From: Haliotis cracherodii
Lineage: Eukaryota
Assembly: GCF_022045235.1 (NCBI RefSeq)
Contig: NW_027266286.1
Span: forward strand, 29,512,001-29,576,000
Direction: 5' to 3'
Length of the DNA stretch: 64,000 nucleotides
In this document: in pieces, positions 26,393-39,436 of the stretch
How the letters are laid out: each line of letters opens with the position of its first letter
Numbering within the stretch: position 1 is the stretch's first letter
The notes under the pieces: generated by a model
Seen by the model: the letters and a program-made list of their open reading frames with translations, nothing else
Databases searched by the model: none
What the model was told of the DNA's origin: nothing
Position numbers and translations under genes: made by a program

Positions 26393-27615
26393 ACCTGGGT
26401 TGAATACTTCTAGGTCCCTGGTACTCAATGCCTGCTGCCAGGGTTGAATACTTCTAGGTCCCTGGTACTCAATGCCTGCTGCCAGGGTTGAATACTTCTA
26501 GGTCCCTGGTACTCAATGCCTGCTGCCATGGTTGAATAATTCTAGGTCCCTGGTACTCAATGCCTGCTTCCAGGGTTGAATACTTCTAGGTCCTTGGTAC
26601 TCAATGCCTGCTTCCAGGGTTGAATACTTCTAGGTCCCTGGTACTCAATGCCTGCTTCCAGGGTTGAATACTTCCAGGTCCCTGGTACTCAATGCCTGCT
26701 GCCAGGGTTGAATACTTCTAGGTCCCTGGTACTCAATGCCTGCTTCCAGGGTTGAATACTGCCAGGTCCCTGGTACTCGATGCCTGCTGCCAGGGTTGAA
26801 TACTTCTAGGTCCCTTGTACTCAATGCCTGCTACCAGGGTTGAATACTTCCAGGTCCCTGGTACTCAATGCCTGCTGCCAGGGTTGAATACTTCTAGGTC
26901 CCTGGTACTCAATGCCTGCTGCCAGGGTTGAATACTTCTAGGTCCCTGGTACTCAATGCCTGCTGCCAGGGTTGAATACTTCTAGGTCCCTGGTACTCAA
27001 TGCCTGCTGCCAGGGTTGAATACTTCTAGGTCCCTGGTACTCAATGCCTGCTGCCAGGGTTGAATACTTCTAGGTCCCTTGTACTCAATGCCTGCTGCCA
27101 GGGTTGAATACTTCTAGGTCCCTGGTACTCAATGCCTGCTGCCAGGGTTGAATACTTCTAGGTCCCTTGTACTCAATGCCTGCTGCCAGGGTTGAATACT
27201 TCTAGGTCCCTTGTACTCAATGCCTGCTGCCAGGGTTGAATACTTCTAGGTCCCTTGTACTCAATGCCTGCTTCCAGGGTTGAATACTTCCAGGTCTCTG
27301 GTACTCGATGCCTGCTGCCAGGGTTGAATACTTCCAGGTCCCTGGTACTCGATGCCTGCTGCCAGGGTTGAATACTTCTAGGTCCCTGGTACTCAATGCC
27401 TGCTGCCAGGGTTGAATACTTCCAGGTCCCTGGTACTCGATGCCTGCTGCCAGGGTTGAATACTTCCAGGTCCCTGGTACTCGATGCCTGCTGCCAGGGT
27501 TGAATACTTCTAGGTCCCTGGTACTCGATGCCTGCTGCCAGGGTTGAATACTTCTAGGTCCCTGGTACTCAATGCCTGCCACCAGGGTTGAATGCTTCTA
27601 GGTCCCTTGTACTCA
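26393..27615. repeat. Minisatellite, 44-bp unit CCAGGGTTGAATACTTCTAGGTCCCTGGTACTCAATGCCTGCTG, ~28 copies
   Basis: Direct tandem periodicity. Confidence 0.97.
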
Positions 27616-28304
27616 GTATATTTTGGCTCCTTATCCAGCTTATTAGGGTTTTATTTAGCATTGAAGGAACGTTTTTGAACATAATTGTGCTTTAAGCACT
27701 TTTTCATGTGAATTCATCTGGTTATGTGATGCCCCAATTCACATATCATATAACCTTACTACATGTTTTATGTATGTTATCAGTAAATAATGCACTGTAA
27801 AGACATAAAGGTACGCAAGCTGAAATGCACCAATTATTATGTATATTGTCGTCAAACTATTGTTTCGGGTTTTTGTTCATCCATATTAACACGCTTTCAT
27901 TCAGAACCAACTGGAATAAATTATGGTGATTATCATGTCTACTATGCATTTTAATCCGGAGCTCTGACACAGATAAACATAAGCATGATAAGGTAATAGA
28001 GATGTCACAGCATGTTTCAAATCTCCCATGACAGTAATAAAAAAAATGGAACAAGTACGATTTCTGTTTGCATCCTAAAAAATATAAGGTCACACAAAAG
28101 TTAAGTGTGTTTCCTGTTTCAGCCATCTATTACTATAGCCCGTTTGCTGCAATATCGTACCAAAGAAATGCAAAAGAGATAGAAATCAACAACCAACAAT
28201 AGCCTTAATGACATGAAAGTTGTTTGTTTGTCCATGCAAGCTCATCACAATAATTTCATATGTAGTCATGAAGTAGAGAAAAAGTACTTGTTGGTGTATT
28301 ATAT

Positions 28305-28725
28305 GGAGAATCTCACCCTCGTGTCTTTTGATATCAAATATATGAACACAAGTTGATAAAAGTGGAAAAACTCACTTGCCGAGGAGTTTTCCCACTTTTA
28401 TCAACAAGTGTTGATCATGTTGATATATTTTATATCAAAAGACAGGAGGGTGAGATTTTATTTATCATCCAAAATCATTCTTCCAACTTTTTCAGTTTGT
28501 AGACAGTAATAAGTAGTGTCTCAAGTGTAAAAAGTACTGCTAACAGCTTCAGTAGCAGAGCCATTAGTGATGTCATTTGATTGTGACGTCATGGTAGCCA
28601 ATGACTCCGCAATGGTCTGAAAAGCATTGTGATGCAATTTCATTGCAGCGATATCTACAGTGTAGATATCGCTTGATCTCACCCAAGTGATATCTCCTGT
28701 GAGGGCCAGTTTTGGATGATAAATA
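28305..28725. mobile_element. Interspersed element with a ~150-bp palindrome (possibly Crypton-like); relatives at ~24720-25050 and ~62235-62815 (opposite orientation)
   Basis: Inverted arms at 28309-28457; shared TTTATCATCCAAAATCATTC...TTTCAGTTTGT segment. Confidence 0.6.
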
Positions 28726-29488
28726 GTGCTCAACACACAAGCACAATATGTTTACTCCTTTGGTATATAAAATGGACAATAACGTGCTGGTGATGTACAT
28801 CAGGGGGCAACTCAAGGGACAAAAACAAATGGGTGTCGGGCTAACAAGGGGCACTAGATTGGGAAATCTGGAAACAGGTTTTTTGTGCCTAATGTAATAA
28901 TGAGCAGGTTATTTTAGCTGAAACAGTCCTATGTATTTCAAACCAATAGTACACAAGTTCATGGCAGCCAGTGTTCCTACTTTTTGACTTGTTTACCTAC
29001 TACAACAAAGATACCTTTACACAGATCTGTTGAATAGCCAGGTATACGCCTGGATGCTCATGACTTGACACAGCCCACTGTTTATGGTGGTGGTATTCTA
29101 AAGGTTGGTCTGTTTATAGTCCGACATTGTATGACCTTGGCATACAGCCTTAGAAATTGTTGTGACTCCTCCAAAAGTAGGGTAAAACTGTAATCATTGA
29201 CAATGTGTGAATTCCAATGAAAACCAGTGACCTTGGACATGCAACAAAGTACACACACTCTCAAACAATACACACATTTTTCACAAGTAGAACCATCAAA
29301 ATATGTGTATCGTTCAAACATGTTTTTGTCATATTATACGTATAATCTTCCTTGAAACTGTTATTGGAAATTCAATTTTTCCAAACAATTTAAACAAAGT
29401 GGCCAAATGATTTTTGTGTGTACAGGTAACTGGATGTCGAGTTTCACTGGATGCAACACATTGTGTCCTATATACTTAACATTAAGAA

Positions 29489-29652
29489 GGGGGTCGGGTA
29501 GCCTGGTGGTTAAAGCGTTCGCTCGTCACGCGGAAGACCTGGGTTCGATTCCCGACATGGGTACAATGTGTGAGGCCCATTTCTGGTGTCCCCCTGCTGT
29601 GATATTGCTGGAATATTGCTAAAAGCGGCATAAAATCAAACTCACTCACTCA
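29489..29652 (+). mobile_element. SINE family A copy
   Basis: A and B boxes, (ACTC)n tail, TSD TTAACATT(A/G)AGAA. Confidence 0.9.
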
Positions 29653-29827
29653 TTAACATTGAGAATGGTCAAACTGATTCAATGAAGTGTGTGAAAAGTC
29701 TTGCTGTTCAGTCTTTGTCACTATTGTACTACAGCTATGCATATTACATATATATAACATGACTGATGTTGAGTGTAAGAAGTACACTCAGAGTATCAGG
29801 GGTGGATTTCTGTATATAACCGATATA

Positions 29828-30090
29828 ACCGTGAAGATCCAGGTTAGAATTGGTCTTCAGCAGCCCATGCTTGCAGTAAAAGGCAACTATGTTTGTCATA
29901 AGAGGCGACTAACAGGATCGGGTGGTCAGGCTCACTGACTTGGTTTGATGCATGTCGACGTATCCCAATCGCATGGATCGATGCTCATGATGTCAATCAC
30001 TAGATTGTCTAGTCCAGATGTGATCTTTTACAGGCCATCTTTCATATAACTGGAATATTGCTGAGTGCAACATTTAATCAACAAACAAAC
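29828..30090 (+). mobile_element. Family B repeat copy
   Basis: Matches 36640-36918. Confidence 0.85.
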
Positions 30091-30359
30091 TTATGAGCTT
30101 AAAACTTCTGAGCATGTGCCGTGATATGACATCAGTAACATGCCTTGAAATCAGTTAAAGTGAGGGAATGCCAAGTACATGCCTTGACTCCAAGAATTAT
30201 TACAGAGAGTCCTTGGACTCAAAAATAGCTAGAAGCAAGTAAATCACCGTGATGTGTAATTCTTGTAATGACATAGACACAAGAAATTGGTCATTTTGAA
30301 CTCGACCTTGTGTAGCTTTTAGACATAATCTACTCATGTTATTGGACATTGTCTACTCA

Positions 30360-30622
30360 ACCCGTAAAGATCCGGATTAGAATAGGTCTTCAGCAACCCA
30401 TGCTGGCCATTAAACGTGACTATGCGTGTCCTAAGAGGCCACTAACGGGATCGGGTGGTCAGGCTCATTAACTTGGTTAATGCATGCCATGGTATCCCAA
30501 AGGGGTGGTTTGATGATCATGATGTCAATCACTGGATTGTCTAGTTCCAACTTGATTATTTACAGACCACCGTTATGTTGCTGGCATATTTCTGAGTGTG
30601 GTGTTAAACAACAAAAACACAA
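30360..30622 (+). mobile_element. Family B repeat copy inserted near the start of the 23-bp array
   Basis: Matches 36640-36918; array units lie on both sides. Confidence 0.85.
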
Positions 30623-31753
30623 CATAGTCTACTTGTGCTGTGGGACATCATCTACTCATGTTATAGGACATATTCTACTCATGCTATAGGACATCATCTA
30701 CTCATGCTACAGGACACAGTCTAATCATGCTATTGGACAAAGTATACTCGTGCTATTGGACATAGTCTACTCGTGCTATAGGACAAATCTACTCATGCTA
30801 TAGGACATAGTCTACTCATGCTATAGGACATAGTCTACTGACGCTATAGGACATAGTCTACACATGCTTTTGGATAATATCTACTCATGCTATAGGACAC
30901 AGTCTACTCGTGCTATAGGACAAAGTCTACTCATGCTATTGGATATAATGTACTCATGCATAGTCTACTCATGCTATAGGACATAGTCTACTCGTGCTAT
31001 TGGACATAGTCTAATCGTGCTATTGGACATAGTCTAATCGTGCTATTGGACATAGTCTACTCGTGCTATAGGACATAGTCTACTCGTGCTATAGGACATA
31101 GTCTACTCCCGCTATTGGACATAGTCTACTCCCGCTATTGGATATAGTCTACTCATGCTATAGGACATAGTCTAATCGTGCTATTGGACATAGCATACTC
31201 GTGCTATTGGACATAGTCTAATCGTGCTATAGGACAAAGTCTACTCATGCTATAGGACACAGTCTACTCATGCTATAGGACATAGTCTACTCATGCTATT
31301 GGACATAGTCTAATCGTGCTATAGGACAAAGTCTACTCATGCTATAGGACACAGTCTACTCATGCTATAGGACATAGTCTAATCATGCTATAGGACATAG
31401 TCTACTCATGCTATAGGACATAGTCTACCCATGCTACAGGACATAGTCTAATCGTGCTATTGGACATAGTCTACTCGTGCTATAGGACATAGTCTACTCA
31501 TGCTATAGGACATAGTCTACTCCCGCTATTGGATATAGTCTACTCATGCTATTGGACATAGTCTACTCGTGCTATAGGACATAGTCTACTCATTCTATAG
31601 GATATAGTCTACTCATGCTATAGGACATAGTCTACCCATGCTACAGGACATAGTCTACTCATGCTATAGGACATAGTCTACTCATGCTATAGGACATAGT
31701 TTACTCGTGCTATCGGATATAGTCTACTCATGCTATTATACATAGTCTACTCA
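30623..31753. repeat. Minisatellite, 23-bp unit CTACTCATGCTATAGGACATAGT, ~49 copies, ending ~30 nt before exon 2
   Basis: Direct tandem periodicity. Confidence 0.97.
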
Positions 31754-31782
31754 GGCTCAATGTGTTTCATTCTGTTTGTCAG

Positions 31783-31869
31783 GAAAGAATGGGAAGGCCT
31801 TCTCAAGCTCGTCCGATGTGAGATTATCAGCTGCATCTCGGATGAAGACATGGATGCGTATGTACTCAG
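31783..31869 (+). CDS. AMD1: AMD1 exon 2: (R)KEWEGLLKLVRCEIISCISDEDMDAYVL(S)
   Basis: Acceptor ttgtcag, donor AG|GTGAGA, 87 nt; matches the W..LL....C.IIS......AYVLS pattern. Confidence 0.95.
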
Positions 31870-32770
31870 GTGAGAATGATTCCTGCTACCATGACAGCAG
31901 CCCCAGCACCCCATGCGTGCTCCACTGTTGACATCAGTAGAAACTAAGATCACCAGGCTGCTATTGTGTCAGGCGACATGGTCAACCAGTCTTAATTTGG
32001 ATCATGTTAATACATTTACGCTGTTTGTTTTCCAATGATAACATATTTTTTTAATCATTATTTCTATATGTAAATTTTTGCTCTCTGTTTTTTTTAACGA
32101 TATTGAAATGACAAAGCTGTGACGTGTTGCAACAGCTTGAGGATATCAGCTGTAATGTTTTTGTGTTCACTGTGCGACACTAACCATGATAACTGTCGTG
32201 TGTCGGGAGTCCTTCAACATTATAGAAATCTGAAAATATACCATCACCAATGTTAAGCTATGCAGATGACTGACTGATAATTAAAGATACACAGCATTAT
32301 CCTCACGACCATGATGTTCCAAACAGATTAGGCTGATATTATCATAGTTCATATCAAAGGTGACTGGTTATAGCATCATCATGATATATGGGAAGTGTGA
32401 CATCACTGCATTGCTCCACACATCAGTGCACCGTATCAATGGAATGGTGCTGCATGCTAGGAATTGAGAAAAATTATAAATGTGCATGTTTTGATCCTTT
32501 TTGCTGAAAGATAATACCCCACCATGATGACATTTGTCTGTGATATTTATAGATAAGCATATCCCAATGTGGTTGAAATCTCTATAAAACAGTAAATACT
32601 GTCAGTTGTACTGGTACAAAAACTGTTATTATGTTGTGCGTGTTGAGTGATTTATCTCTATGCCTCTGTAGCAAAGTGTTAGTTTGACACTATTGTTAAA
32701 AAGAGCACCTAGTGCATTTGAATACAGACCATCCCCTTTCCATTTTTTTTTTTGGGGGGGGGGAGTTGGG

Positions 32771-33262
32771 TACTGTAAACAGCTTTATTTCTGCGCCGTT
32801 AAAATATTGCGAATACCACGCCAAAGACAATACTGCGACGAGATATTTTTGCGAGTTGCCGTGTTGAGATGACCCCTCGCGTACCAAACAATAGACAGCT
32901 TCTCTCCGAAGCTAGTTTTTCTGAGTTGGCCGGAAAGTTGACCGGAAGAGATTGCAACCAATTATCAAATACCATAATTGACTCAACTCAGTGTCATGTC
33001 TTGTGTGGACAAAATTTCAAAGGACACTGACACAATCAAGCGAGGTTGGAAGAAGGCAGGATTCTGCATTCATTTGTGTTTTAAACTTATTGAGTAACTT
33101 GTAGTTCTGGTTGATGATTTCAACATTTGATGAGGTGTTGCAATGAATAAAGTATGTATGTATTATTTATACTTATTTTTGCGTTTTTAATTTTTGCGAT
33201 TGAGTCTCGTTCGCAAAACTCGCAATAATAAAACGGTCGCAAAAAATTCCCTGTTTACAGTA
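32771..33262. mobile_element. MITE with TACTGTAAACAG / CTGTTTACAGTA termini
   Basis: Terminal inverted repeats that extend imperfectly for ~40 bp. Confidence 0.75.
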
Positions 33263-34067
33263 TTTTTCATTTCAAAATTATTTAATCTGTCTCCAGAAAT
33301 TGTAGCTTCCACCTCTATAAGCCATGTTGATACGACTGTAATTGTGGTGTTTTCCTTGTACTGTTCAACAGTGATGGAAACTAACATTTTCAGTCCACTA
33401 GTCCTTATAATGATAACATTTAGCAAAACCCTTAAAAATAGCAAATTTCTACTAGTCCTTTGATACCTTAACAATTGGACAGTTTGGCAAGGACTACAGG
33501 ACTAGTGGCAGTTTCTAATATTGTTCAATGTGTTCAGAGGTGGATGCAGGGTTATGAAATACAGTTCACATTGTCACAGGCAAGTACACTGTTGCCATCT
33601 ACTTGTCCGCAGTACAGGGCTTCTGGACAAAATATTTTGTGACTTGCATTTTGTGTCACCCCCTGTTAAGACTTGGTTTGGAGTGGAGGGACTTGTAGCT
33701 TTTCCTATCACAGGCTACGAACAAATGAAGTGTGATGGTGATTTATTAGTATAACAGTGCATCTCATGTCTGAAAATGTTTAACAAATGGGTCAGGTGGG
33801 TATTATTAAACCAATGCATTAGGCCAAGGATAGAAACTAGCCCTAACTATCCTGAGCCAGTTTCCCTAATGTTAAAGGTATCCTAAGGGCTGTAGAATTT
33901 CTAGCCTTTAGTGGATGTTCTTACATAATATCACCAGTCATCAAATGTTTGTTAAATTCTATCCTTGTATTAGGCCCTTGATTTGAAAATGAAATGTTGT
34001 ACACTTAAAGTGTTACAGGGTTAAGATATATATCTTTATGTGGCTATATATTTCTTCCTGCACACAG

Positions 34068-34194
34068 CGAGAGCAGCATGTTTGTGACCAGAGACAGATT
34101 TATTCTGAAAACCTGTGGACGCACCACTCTACTGTTGGCCGTGAACCCACTCATCAAGATAGTGAAGGATAACTGTGGATTTGACAAAGTCATG
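34068..34194 (+). CDS. AMD1: AMD1 exon 3: (S)[42 protein letters not shown]; contains the E65/S66 autocleavage (pyruvoyl) site and the catalytic Cys of KTCG
   Basis: Acceptor cacacag, donor ATG|GTAAGT, 127 nt; ESS and ILKTCG motifs. Confidence 0.97.
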
Positions 34195-35214
34195 GTAAGT
34201 TCCGAGCTACAGCTGACATATTGTATCACCAGGTTCCCATGTTTGTTGCGTGATGTGACCGGAGTTCCAGAATACCATGTTTTGGTATTTATAGGCACAG
34301 AAATAGAGAGGTGGTGGGTGTGATATTTGTTTTTGCACATCTGAAAGTGGTTAAGAAATATTTTACCAGATACTTGCAACACTTTTTAGCTTTTGTGGGT
34401 AGTGTTCTGTTAACATTGTAAGCATTGAGAAGAAGGTAGCTCAGCACATTAACTGCGAGAGATTACATGAGAAAGTTGACCTTCACTCAAACTGAGTCAC
34501 AGTGTGGAGAGAGCTTGATCCTCGCTGATGCAGTGTGACATGCAGTCCTGCATACTGTCGGGGGGGGGGGGGGGGGAGATACTTGCTTTTCGCCAAATTG
34601 GTAAACTTGATAGAACAGTGTGACTTTTGACAACTTTCTAAAACTCGCTTGTTTGTCAGCACCTCATTCGTCTTATATCTTTGTGTGACTTCGGATTTCT
34701 CTTCCTCGAACTGATCCCTGTTAAATTGATGCAGTTGCTCATTTCTTATTGAAGTTACCAGTATAATGTGTATGGTAAGTAGGTCAATTCACAACTGGAT
34801 GACATTTGTTCTCAACGACTCGAGCGAATCTCTGATATGGATGACATGATATAGCATTGCTGTGTGCGGTGTTAAACAACAAACTAACAAACAAATTTGT
34901 TACGTAAATATTCCCCATTTGCTTGTTTTCCCAAAAGTGGTTTAAAGTCTGAGGGACAGAATGTGTGCTTTGGCTTGTAACTATTCATATTGGGAATTCA
35001 ATCTCATTTAATCTCAGCTTCATATCAGAGTTGAAGATCTGATCTTAATTAGGAAGAGTGTGCAGGATTTGAAATATAGAGGCGTGAATGATACAACAGG
35101 ATAATTAAACATGAACTGTTCACACTCTTCAAGAAGCACAATGTTCATCACTGTTATTAACTCTATCTGTGGTTTACTGTTATCTGTGAATACATTTGGT
35201 TTATTTTCTTGCAG

Positions 35215-35289
35215 GATATCTTCTATTCTCGAAAGAATTTCTCTCGTCCAGAACTTCAACATGGAATTCATCGAAGTTTTGAAGATGAG
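35215..35289 (+). CDS. AMD1: AMD1 exon 4: DIFYSRKNFSRPELQHGIHRSFEDE
   Basis: Acceptor ttcttgcag, donor GAG|GTAACT; FYSRKNF..P..Q...HR.F..E motif. Confidence 0.95.
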
Positions 35290-35638
35290 GTAACTCTAGT
35301 ATTATTTGAAAACAGCCTTAAATGCCATAAATATGATTCCAATACTGACTATTAATTGCAGTTTTCACAGAATTTTGTTTCAAATCCCAAAAAGTGACAT
35401 TAAGAACTCACCATTATGCAAAAGTGCAATCCAAACACTGCTTTGGTGTATGAAAAATGGATTCCAAAAAGGAATCTGCATTTACCAAACTTAAAGGTTT
35501 TCCAGCTCAAATAGTGCTACTTGCCGTGCCTGACACATATAACACTCCAGATGGGGTCAGTTTGCTGAAAGTGCAGGAATGTTTTTGATGCAGACCACAT
35601 TAGTATCATCACCTGAAACATGCCTGTGATAAAGTTTA

Positions 35639-36148
35639 GTTGCGTCCCTTGGGCACGCCAGAAACCTATGATTGTGGGTTCGAATCCTGGTTCGACCCGA
35701 TTATGTTTCTAGGTTTGTCAGCACCATACCCGTGCTCGTGGGTTTCACCTGTGAGACCTGCATCACTTCGGGCTTTCCTCCCACATTAAGCTGACACGCC
35801 GCGATATAACTGAAATACTGTTAAAAGCGGCGTTAAACCCAACTCACTCACTCATTCACTCACTCACTCACTCAAGTTAAGTTGGAACAGTGCCCCAGTG
35901 GTCTAAGACACTGCAGTTCACTATGCAGAGTTGCCTCCCTTAGGTGTGAAAGCTATGATCAAGGGTTTGAATCTCGGTTCAATCAGATAACATTCAAAGT
36001 TTGTCAGCCCATGACAAGCTCGTCGGTTTCATCAAAGTGGTAACTGTCTGCGACCTGCATCACTTCAGACTGTCCACCAACACCAAGTTGACACGCCAGT
36101 ATTTCAATGAAATACTGTTCAATATGACAGTGAACCAAACTCACTCAA
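35639..36148 (+). mobile_element. Two tandem SINE family C copies (35639-35873 and ~35890-36148)
   Basis: B-box-like GGTTCGAATCC, shared body, AAAAGCGGCGTTAAAC-(ACTC)n tail. Confidence 0.85.
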
Positions 36149-36211
36149 ATTTAGAATACTAAATAGTTATTTACCTTCACATGGTTTTATGGACATGTGT
36201 TTGTCTTTCAG

Positions 36212-36239
36212 GTGACACATCTGGATAAGCTGTTTCCAA
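36212..36239 (+). CDS. AMD1: AMD1 exon 5 (28-nt microexon): VTHLDKLFP(N)
   Basis: Acceptor tctttcag, donor A|GTAAGT; supplies the V..L...FP segment and the phase needed to join exon 6. Confidence 0.88.
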
Positions 36240-36639
36240 GTAAGTATTCACGGGAAGACACTGTGGGGAGGCCACCGGTATCCAATGCTAGGCTGACTAG
36301 ATTTGGGATTGGGTGGTCGATTGTGAATTCGGACTGATTGTGTGTCATTGTCAACATGGCAGTGTCTGCTACGATCTGTTTGGTTGAAACACATTAAGTG
36401 GGATTGGATCCCAGAAAATTGTCTAATTTCACCGTGGATGAATACTTTGTCTTCTTAAGTATCTCTTTGTTTTTTCTCCTGAAATTTGAAAACAAATGAG
36501 CCATTCTGCTTGGCAAAATGGATGCCACATTGATTATATTTTAAGTTTGTACATGTATACATTTTGTCAGGGACTTTCAGAACAACTTTGATATAGTTGC
36601 TGGTAACTAAGAGGGCTCAGTTGTCACCAAAGCACATGA

Positions 36640-36918
36640 CCCAAGAAGATTCCGGGGTAGAATAGGTCTTCAGCAACCCATGCTTGCCGTAAAAGGTGAC
36701 TATGCTTGTCGTAAAAAGCGACTAACGGGATCGGGTGGTCAGGCTTGCTGACTTGGTTGATGCATGTCATCGATCCCAATTGCGTGGATCAATTCTCATG
36801 ATATATATCACTGGACTGTCTGGTCCAGACTCAATTATTTACAGACCGCAGTCATATAGCTGGAATATTGCTGAGTGCGGCGTAAAACATCAAACCAACC
36901 AACCAACCAACCAACCAA
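36640..36918 (+). mobile_element. Family B repeat reference copy; other partial copies near 1131, 14862, 18470/21044, 34790, 38440, 41835, 41990 and 49444
   Basis: CAGCAACCCATGCTTG.CGTAAAAGG core, GGATCGGGTGGTCAGGCT, GGAATATTGCTGAGTGCGGCGTAAAAC, (AACC/AAAC)n tail. Confidence 0.88.
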
Positions 36919-37152
36919 AGCACATATCATCCATTGTGAATTTCAGTCTCACAAAAAAGTTCAGGTACAGAGAGAAAGCTAGGGAAATGGCACAAGCATT
37001 GAATATTCATTAACACCGGTAAATTAAAAAAAACATACAGCTCAACTCCTATTTATCCCCAAAATGGATGGATTGGAGCTCACCTCGTCAAACCACGCTT
37101 TTCTTGTCCATACTTGATTATTTGCAGGTGAATGTGATATGTCTGGATTCAG

Positions 37153-37315
37153 AGAGTGAGCGAGTATGGTTTTAAGCTGCTTTTAGCAATATTCCAGCAA
37201 TGTCATGGCGGGGGACACCAGAAATGAGGTTCTTACATTGTGCCCAGGTGGAAATCGAACCCGGGTCTTCGGCGTGACAAGCAAACACTTTAACCATTAA
37301 GCTACCCCACCGCCC
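37153..37315 (-). mobile_element. SINE family A copy
   Basis: Reverse complement of 47212-47385. Confidence 0.88.
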
Positions 37316-39224
37316 TTGATATGTCTGGAAATACTTCTGGCTGACCCGCAATACCTGAGTGCCTTGAGTCCTAGTGCAGTGGAGTTCCTGCTCGTGGGCC
37401 ATCTGTTGTAACATGCAGGATAACACGAACCTGTTACTCTATAAAAATTTGATATTCATATTGTCATTATGGGCAGCATCTAGTAAAGCCTATTTCTCTC
37501 ACCTGTGCCGTTTTGGTAACCACACAGCTTGTATATTAGATATCAGTTGAAAACATTTCCCAGTAATCAGTTGGTGAAATAATTTGAGATGTTTAATGTA
37601 TCAACACCAAGCCAGCTGCTTCAAATTGGATATGGCATTTCTCCAGGATTGTCTAGTGAGCAGGCACACTTGTGAAACCTTGTTTCCTTTTTCATATTGT
37701 GACCCTTCTATTCTGATGTGAACTGTTAGCTTTGAGTAGATTTTTTGAAGATTATTGTTTCCTTTTTCTTATCCATTAACTTTAGAGCAAACAGGCAAAT
37801 TTATGAAAATCTTACTTTGTTTTGATTGGTCAGTTGATACTTCATTAAGAAATATAACGTGTGACCTAACTTTCAAGTCTGTTAAATCTTGAACGAACTT
37901 TCATTGATCTGAAATTTATCACAAGCGGCTGTTGTGTAAAGTATTCATAGTGATATAGTGGTATCTTGAAACTTGTCCAGCCTCAATTCTGATCCAAAGA
38001 AACCTGTTTTGTAATCTGAGTCTGTTGTGCAGACATTCATTCCTTGCGTGAAACTAGGCTGGCGCAGACATGCAACCTTAACCTAGATGTCTAGCTGAAG
38101 CTTATCAGGGATGTATCCCAATCCAGGCCATCAGAAGTAATTAGGCATGTCGATCAGATAGCTTCTTGTATTGGAGCATGTAGCTTGCTCTCGGGGTGTT
38201 GGGTAGCCTAGTGGTTGAGGTGTTAGCTTGTTACACAAGGCCGGGGTTCAATTTTCCAGATGGGTACAAAAAGTAGTGTAATAACCCAGCTCACTCACTG
38301 TTCCTCTCAGACTTTTCTTTATCTTTTACCTTCACACATTTGGTGTGCAGGGGTTAGGGCTAGGACGAATCAAAATTTACTACCAGGGGACCCAACCCCC
38401 TATTACCCTACCTTACCCAACCCGGGTACCAACTGATGAATTGATGCTCATGATGTCAATCACTGGATTGTCTGGTCCCGACTCGATTACTTACAGACCG
38501 CCGTCATATAACTGTATATTGCTGAGTGCGGCATAAAACAACAAACAAACAAACTGATGGGCACGAAATGTCCAATTGAGAATAGTTTGAATGTAGCCCT
38601 GGCAAAATGTATTTAGACACACAATTAAAACAACAGGTCAAGCATACACTGAAGTTTGCTGAAGCTTTATCTTTACTCAAAGTATCACAAGGAGTGCATT
38701 GATAGTCAGAAAGTAATACAAACATTACTGACAGAAACCAAAAAGTGTTTCATCAATCTCAATGCAAGTGAAAAGGTTGAGCTTTAATTTTTGTAATCTA
38801 GCTCTTGGTGAAATGACTGGGGTCAAAGATGGATCACAAGTATTGTTCTTGCTGGCACACTTAAATTGCATAAGGCACATGTGACCGCTTGTGAATGCCC
38901 TATGGCACACTTGATAGAGATAGATATCTTCCTGAGGCATGTTTCATGAACATACTGAGGGAGAGTTTGGTGTTTGAACCATAGATAAAAAAAACTGGAG
39001 CATTTAGGAGTTGATTTGAGAACAGAATGGACCTGGTGCATGAATCAGAAGGCAACTTTTAAATAACAGATTTTTGCATGCAGCAAGTCCATGTATCTCA
39101 TAGTTTCTATGTGAAGTTAAATTCCATTGGAAAGAAGTGTCATATAAAGATTTTGTCAGTGGATGTATTTAGATGGGTTTCATTTAGATATGCATTTACA
39201 TTAAGCCTACCTTTGTATTTCCTT

Positions 39225-39436
39225 GGGGCAGTGGGGTAGCCTAGTGGTTAAAGCATTCGCTTGTCATGCAGAATACCTGGGTTCGTTTACCAGCATGGGT
39301 ACCATGTGTGAAGCCTATTTCTGGTGTCCCTAGCCGTGATATTGCTGGAATATTGCTAAAAGCGGCGTCAAACCATTCTCTCTCTCGCTCGCTCTCTCTC
39401 ACTCACTCACTCACTCACTCACTCACTCACTCACTC
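39225..39436 (+). mobile_element. SINE family A copy with expanded (CT)n/(ACTC)n tail
   Basis: TAGCCTAGTGG A box plus matching body and tail. Confidence 0.88.
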
